Source: Paramecium tetraurelia (taxonomy: Eukaryota). Taken from it: 64,000 nt of DNA. Of the stretch, positions 56,611 through 64,000 are shown one piece after another; position 1 is the stretch's first letter; the number at the start of each line of letters is the position of its first letter. The notes beneath the pieces were generated by a model. That model worked only from the letters and a program-made list of their open reading frames with translations, was not told where the DNA came from and did no database searches. The stretch spans positions 248,001 through 312,000 of the forward strand of contig CT868675.1 of the NCBI GenBank assembly GCA_000165425.1, given 5' to 3'. The position numbers and the translations under genes are program-made.

Positions 56611-58499
56611 TCATTTTAACTACTTCTATTTAGAATTATTTATTGTTTTTAATATTTTATTTAACGATTATTCCTTTTCACTTTTCAGTTATTCTGATAT
56701 CAAAAGATCCTTTTCTAAAGCATTGCCTTTATTCTCATCATAATTAATTGAATTATTCCTTTGACCTGAAACTTTTTAGTTACTTTATTTATTTAGACTG
56801 TTTTGCTTTTAATTACTTTTTCTTCTTTCTTGCTTGATTTCTTAATCTTTTTACCAACTTTCTTTGTATCTATTAATTTGATCCTGAATTTAGTTTACAG
56901 TTTCATTTTCTCTTATTCTTTTGCTTTCTCTTTCAATTTCCCATTTAATGGCATTTTCTTATTACTTTAACTTCTTTATTATTGTTTTGTTTTTCTCGAT
57001 TTCTTATCTCATTATTGATTCCTTACTGTTTGATCTATACGATTTATTGAGAGATTATTGACCCTCAATCATTGATTTTATTTAAGATTTAGCTTAAGGT
57101 TTATTGGTTTACAATTTTAAAATTCTATCCAATCTTGATTACTATTTTTAATTTATAATGTACTTTTTTTGTTTGAGCTTCAATTACTCTCTTCTAATAA
57201 TCCTTTGAATTTGATGACGAACGACTCATACTTAAATTTGATTATTGACTTTTGGGTCTATTAATTTTGCCATGACTCTGATTTAATTATGACAAGGAGA
57301 TATTTGTCTTATTGCTGAATGACTTTTAAGATTATTACACTTTCTATAAACCTTATTAACTTAATGATCTATTTCTTGAATTGTTTCTTTTGCATAATAA
57401 TAGATTTTTAAACAAAGGTCTTGCAATAGCTAAAAGCTAATTCAAAGTGTCCTATATTAATTCAAATGTCTCATCATATTATTCATCCTCATTTTATTAT
57501 TGAATTGACTATTAAATCAACGTTGATTTCTCTAAATTTTCAAAACGTACTCTTTTTTAAAATGTTTATGAATCATTTATAATCTCTAGAATCTCATTAG
57601 TATTTCGTAAACAATGTTTTATTGATTACCAATCTGACTTAATTTAATTTCCTTGAATTGATGCTATAGTCCCACTTAATATTGTTACTAGAGCATGAGT
57701 AATCTGTACTATTTTTTAGGATGGTTTGATCATGAGTTTCAATTGCTAATATATAAAATCTGTATACATTAAGGAATTTGAAAGTGATTTTCTTGTTTTG
57801 TGTTTCGGATTACATTTCTGTTAATAATAGTTATTCTATAATTTATTAATTTTATTAAATATGAACATATAATCATAGAAACTTTTTGTAAATAGCAAAT
57901 ATGTCTATGATTCCTAACAATATTATAATAACCAATAAGGATGCTTTATCCAGAGTTATCTTGTTGTTCATCATCTAAATTGTAAAATCACTTTTCCTTA
58001 GATTTGACTTCAAGTCTTATTTCTATTTCATTTCTAAATCATACTTTAAATTTTGATTATTGCAATGCCAAAGTTCCTGCATTCATTTTAGAGTCCACAT
58101 TTAAGGCAATTTATTCAGTCTCCTAAGTTAATCTATCAATCTCTTCTATGATTAAGTCGTTCTCAAACAGGTTTCCCTTTAAATTATCTGTCTTTTTTTG
58201 CTTTATCAATAATTCATTTATGCTTTCCTCTATCACATCTAATTGTTTCTTATATTATAAGATCTTGTTCTATAATATTTTTTTAGAATGAGTTGAAGTC
58301 ATCTAAGCTTCCGTTTCCATCATTTTCACCTATTTTTATTGTTAGAACTTACACATCTTCTTAATTCATCCACGTTTTTCTTATAAAATTCATCTGTACT
58401 GTACTCCCCTTTTCTTAACTTCTATTTCACTTATTCACTAATGTATTTGAATTCCTATTCGTTTTATACAAATTCCTCGCTTGCTTTAGCATCTTGCAT
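56611..58499 (-). CDS. Hypothetical coiled-coil protein
   Basis: Long code-6 frame MQDAKASEEFVQNEQEFKY... ending QKQLK-TGA. Confidence 0.65.
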
Positions 58500-58520
58500 T
58501 ATTAATAATTAATTAACAGA

Positions 58521-60199
58521 ATGTCAGATTCAAATTCTCACAGACTAAAACTATCCATTGATATTCATTCAATTAAAGAACATTCTTTTAGGGGCTTGAT
58601 CTACGCTCATTATTCTCATTATCCATAATTGGGAATCAAATAATAATTTAGAACTGCACCTGTCATGTAATATTCAATTAGTATAGTAGTGAAATTACCA
58701 AACCTTTTGTTGAAATCTCCTTTTAAAATTCGTTTGCTTCCTACATTTTCGATACCAATAAAGAAGAACTTTAAAAGCTATTTGAAGAGACCTATCTATA
58801 GATTGAATTATTTCATTAAGACAGATTAAAGAAAGATTAGTTTATTGGCATATCATTCATAAACTTAGCAGAGTTACTAAAAAGCCCAATTCGAAAAAGC
58901 TCTAAGAGTTACGCTAGAGCATTAGATGCTTATTATCCTATTGATGATAATAATGATTAGGATACTAAGAGAATTGGATTACTTAGATGCATTTGTTATC
59001 TTGAAGATTTAGGCCCTCTTGATTAATTATAATAGTAGGAATAAACAGCTATTGAATAAATAGTTGGGGATCCTGCTTTGCCAATAATTAGTTATCCAAA
59101 TTCGGATGATCCTGAAAAATAATAAGTTATATTGGAATTACATTCATTAGAACACAAAGTTATTTGGGAATTGGACACTTGGAAAAAAAGTGAGGAAGCT
59201 AAATTTAGAGTATAATTGAAATAAAAGGAGTTTGAGTTGACAACCAAATTATATTAAGATTTTAAAAACAAAGAATTGGATCGGGAAAGACAACTCAAAC
59301 AAGCCTTAACATAAATTTAAGTTATAGAAAATAAAATTAAGAATAAAGGAACTGAACTATTGAAAAGAGAATAAAAAATTATGTAGTTAGAAGATGAAGT
59401 AAAATCTAAATTGTTGGAGACTGCTAAAATAATAAAAATAAAAGACGAGGAAATGGGTATACTTATTAAAAGACAGAAGGATGAGAAACTGAATTTGGAA
59501 AAAGAAAAAACTTTATTAAGTCTTAAGCTAACTGATGCTTAAGCAGCTATTCAAAAACTTGAAGAGGAAAATAAGAGTCTAAAAAAAGAAATTGAAAAAT
59601 CACCTGTGGCGATGGTAAAGGAAAATTTATAAGAAAAAATTATGGAAATTACTGAATTAAAAAAGGAGTTAGATAGAACCAATCAAATTAAAGAATAATA
59701 TAAATAATATTATGAAAAAATGAGAGATGAACTGATTAAAGAAAAGAAACAAACTTAAGATAACAATTCTTTAACATAAAATACATTATTAGAATTAGAG
59801 AAATTAAAACTTGAGTTATTGGAAATTAAGCAAAAATAATAACTAAATTCACAAACGAATTCTTAAATGAATAAATAGCATAAGGAAATTCTTTAATATG
59901 AATAATAACAATAGCAATCTTAATAGTAATAGATCATCAACCCTCCAAAAGTCGAGTAAGAATATGGTAATTAATCTAATAATCCGTTTAAAAATGGTTT
60001 AATTGATAAATCATCCTAAAAGCTTGGCTTTTCAAAAACTTCAAAATCCTACAAAAATTACCCAAATTTAGAAAATAAGTCTGATCTCTAACGATTGTTA
60101 TAAGAGAGAGAATATTTGATTGAAAGTGGAGAATACCAGGTTGACGATCCATTAATAGAAGAACTTACAAAGTAAATATAATAATTGGGTGGCCATTGA
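58521..60199 (+). CDS. CEP120-like centriolar protein (single C2 domain + coiled coil)
   Basis: HRLKLSIDIHSI (C2), ICYLEDLGP, WELDTWKKSEEAKFRVQLKQKE, C-terminus LQRLLQEREYLIESGEYQVDDPLIEELTKQI resembling CEP120 motifs. Confidence 0.8.
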
Positions 60200-63100
60200 A
60201 ATTCCATATATGATTGTCTTCTATATTTGCATAAATGCATTTAGCTTAAATTTTATATTATTTTTTCATACACTTGTAATTTCAATTTTACTTTTGGATA
60301 TTTTATTGTGCACAAGCTCACTTATTACAAAAAGGATCAATTTTTAATTTCCTAAAATTAAATTTAGGTAAACATAAATTATAATTATTTACATTTATCA
60401 GCTCAAGATGATTCTCGAATTGATGATGTTTCAACATTGAATAATACTTATAAGAATCTATGTTAATACTGTTATCTCTATTATAAAAATGATAAAATGA
60501 AATGCAATTTTTTTAGAAGTTGTTTGCTCTCCCTTTTGAGTATAGAAATCATTAGCATGCAAATTGATTCATAAATATTTCACAAAGTAATCTAAAAATT
60601 AAATGAAATTCCATTCTAAATAATAATTAAATTTATACTATGATTTATATTAGTTATAATTGAAAATTATATTTATCTTATATTAAAAATATAGAATGGT
60701 TTTTAAATAATGATTAATCTTATAATTTAATTTTAGTATACATTTTAAATATGTTGGTTTCTAATATCTAATTATTACAAGAATCCTCTAAGACTTCATG
60801 GTCCACATTTAGCTTTCTCATCCATCCTACACTCTGTTATTCTCTTGCACATTTCCTCGAAGTTCTTCTCTTCGTCACAATCCTCGTATTATTCAATAAT
60901 AAAATCCTTAGCATTTTATTCTTAGATTTATTATCCAAAATCATCCTCGTAAAACGTACATGTAAGACTCTGGGATGATCTAATTCTTTAAAAAAATAAT
61001 AATTAAAATATATTTAAAATTAAGACTATCGGTTTTATTAAAATTTCATTAAAAATTAGACAAAAATTTGAGTAGAACTTATTATGGACACCCTCTTTAA
61101 TAAAAGCAATTGAAAAAATGCTTTATTTTCGATATCTTAATGACATATGGATCCTTAACAATGATCTTTGATGAATAGGCATAAAATTTAATTTTTAATA
61201 ATTCAATTTCTTTTTAAATAATAGAATAGGGGAGTTTATATATGAGAAAAGATGTCTTTATTGGAATTAGCTAATTAAAGATTTTTGTATTAATAATGAT
61301 ATACCGAGATAAATAATCAATCAATTAACATTAAAAATAATTTACTGGGTTTTAGAATAGGATTCCTAAAATATACATTGAACAAATTGCTCAATTTGTA
61401 TCTCTATTTGAAATCAAATAAAATAAATGAAAAGAAGCCCGAAACTCTCATCTGTTCAATTCATGATCTGTTGTAAAAAAAAAAAAACAGGATAAAATAT
61501 CTAATAATGAATTAAGAATGAGTAGAAATTGAGTTGCCTTTATATTTCGAAACTAAATTTCAAATCATATTCTCCTTCTTTTTTTGTCCTCATTTTTTGA
61601 AACGGAAGAAGAATTTGAGTCAACTTATTCTGATGCATATTTTTTTTCTAATTTTCTTCTAACACTAAAAAAATTTCTAGATTAATTCTTCAGCTCAAAT
61701 TTATGCATTAAGTTGGTCCTCTTCGTAAAATTTCTATACTAAATTTAAAAAAATCTAGATTTTTCTTGAGCTTTATTTGATTTTAACATTCTCTATACTA
61801 TTTTTTTCTCAAAAGAACTAGGTTAAAAGTTATAATAATCGTATTTAGATTAAAAAATATACTTCAGCTCTTCCTTCCTAATTGAACATAGCAAAACATT
61901 TAACTAACTTTTTATACTATCAATTGAGTGAATAATTGTAATTAAATCCTATTAACTTTCTAAATATCTGTTAATTTTTATTATGTAAAACTGAAATATT
62001 TTTTTGTAACAATACCCAATTTGTTTGAATTTCTGGTAAAACTATCCGATTTTTTTCAGCTGCTTATTTAAAGTAACCAAAAGCTTTAATAAATTAATTT
62101 CTTTGACATTCAAAAAAACATTTAATCTATTAGAGATAAATTTTGTTCTCAAACAAATGCATGAAATATGGGTATTGTAAAAAAAAATATCAAATGGAAT
62201 GCTATTTATATAGAATTTAGAATGTGCATAATACTTTGGAATTATTAGAATAAACTTTGCAATATATATAAATCTAAGGTTTTAGCTCAATGTGGAGTTT
62301 GGATTAGTGAAGTAAATTAAAAAGAAGGAATTTAAAACTATATTTGAGATTGATTAGTTTAGGTAACAGTTTTAATTGTAAGTAAAATTCATTTTTTAGA
62401 GTTAAAATTTTTTATTGAACGCTTGCCATTTGGGCCTCCATAAATAAACTATTAGAAGAATATTTCTTATCATTCTCTAATTACAAAAACTATTAAAAAT
62501 TGTTTTTTATTGTCTGTTTTAATTTAATTAAGTGAATTACATTTTAAAAAGAATTTTATTTTTCTGAGCTTTTAGTTATTGATATTATTTCCAATCTATA
62601 CAATTTAAAAGTGTTTTTTCTTGTATTATTAGATTAAAATTCAAATATATTTTAATGACCTGGCAAACGATTATCTAATGTTTAATGTAATTTTATTTTT
62701 AGGAAGACTCAGTTATATCTTGCTAATATCAGCTAAATACCTTCATTAAAAAAGGATAATGACATCAAATTTATGTGAAGAAAGTTGATGAATCATAGTT
62801 TGATCAATTTTTGTTTAAAAGGGATATTTTAATTCGAAAATCTTTGATTTTACTTATTTAAGCATTTTAAGATGCTAAAGAAATTTTAGAACAATACAAA
62901 TATATTATCGAGTACATAAGGAATAAATTTATTTATTATTTATTCTAGTCTTAATCATAAAAATAGGTAATAAATTTACAACCACTTAAATGAATCCTAA
63001 TAATCAATTCGAAAGAAAAATTCTATAATTACAAGATGATAATTATTAGACTTAGAGTTGCTTGAGTTATGGAGTCTGGTCAAAATTTAATCAGCTTAGC

Positions 63101-64000
63101 GCAATATCTTAAGTGGGATTATTAGGAATTTTTGATAGTCATTGCTTTCATTTACATTATGCCATAAATTTTTAATCAAAGAATCTAAATATAGTATATT
63201 GTGATTGTCTTAACTATGAGTCAAAAAAGATAATAAAAACAATTTAATTTATCAAATATTAGAACTAATATACTAGGTATGATTTGGCCAGAAATTCATT
63301 TGAATATGAAAATACGTGGTATTTCTTTCAAGTTTCCAATGGCCAAAATTGGATAAGCTTTAGTTGATGGTGACAAAGAAATAGGAATTATTATTATAAA
63401 CCACATAAAAAATTAAAAAATTATTTAAAGGTGTTAATTTAATTTTAACATTTGGAGGTAATTTATATGTAGAATAAAATGAAAATAATAGTTATACGCG
63501 ATTCTAAAATAAATGAATTAGGAGTTTTCATATTTTCCAGACCCAATATGGTTATAAAAAGTTTCAATTTAAAGCATAAATTTGTATTTTAATTTTATTG
63601 ATGTAGTGAGAGAAACATACGAGTCAATTTTAGAAATTGTGTGTGTAATCCGAATGAAATATATTCAATTAAAGATTAGGATTTTGTAAATTAATAATAA
63701 TAGGAATTTATATCAGAAAACTCTAATTGTGATTCCTTTATTTTAAGAGGATCGATTAGAATAAAAGAAAATAAGAACCTATTTGAAAAATTTAGCTATT
63801 AATTAATAAAGGTTTCCTTACTTTAAAAAAATCCTAAGTTATAGAATTAAAACTTATATCCTTTTTAGTTATTTTATCATTTCCTTTCGCAATACAATGA
63901 GTTGGAAATAAAAACATATAATTATACTTTTCCTGATGTTTCAATTGATTTTCAGATGATCCGTATTTATTGAATAAACAATGGCTAATCTTAGATTAAG

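Overview
Very AT-rich, gene-dense eukaryotic DNA using the ciliate nuclear code (TAA/TAG = Gln, only TGA = stop), with tiny 21-30 nt GT..AG introns and very short intergenic gaps. This is typical of a Paramecium macronuclear chromosome. The supplied standard-code ORF track therefore gives only fragments or antisense artefacts. Hand translation with code 6 gives about 30 protein genes and one tRNA-Lys(TTT). The recognisable ones are transaldolase, an RBBP4/CAF1-like WD40 protein, a divergent eIF5B, a VWA protein, ULK-like, CDC7-like and small kinases, a YjeF_N/NAXE homologue, PP2C, acyl-CoA oxidase, an SCP/NIF phosphatase, Myb, DnaJ, a trichocyst matrix protein, a WD40 protein, kinesin-13, ELMOD, an EF-hand protein, an MDR oxidoreductase, a giant LRR-membrane protein, an RIIa protein and a CEP120-like protein. 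The most interesting item is a set of three intronless Ulp1/C48 (SUMO protease-like) genes. Directly downstream of the tRNA are an intact MORN-Ulp1 and a tandem MORN-Ulp1 with a catalytic Cys>Ser change; about 10 kb away is a membrane-anchored, fully degenerate homologue. Other apparent pseudo-enzymes are an eIF5B with broken G motifs and a signal-peptide NAXE with degenerate active-site motifs. All calls come from manual translation and motif recognition; no database searches were run, and intron boundaries and starts of hypothetical genes are approximate.
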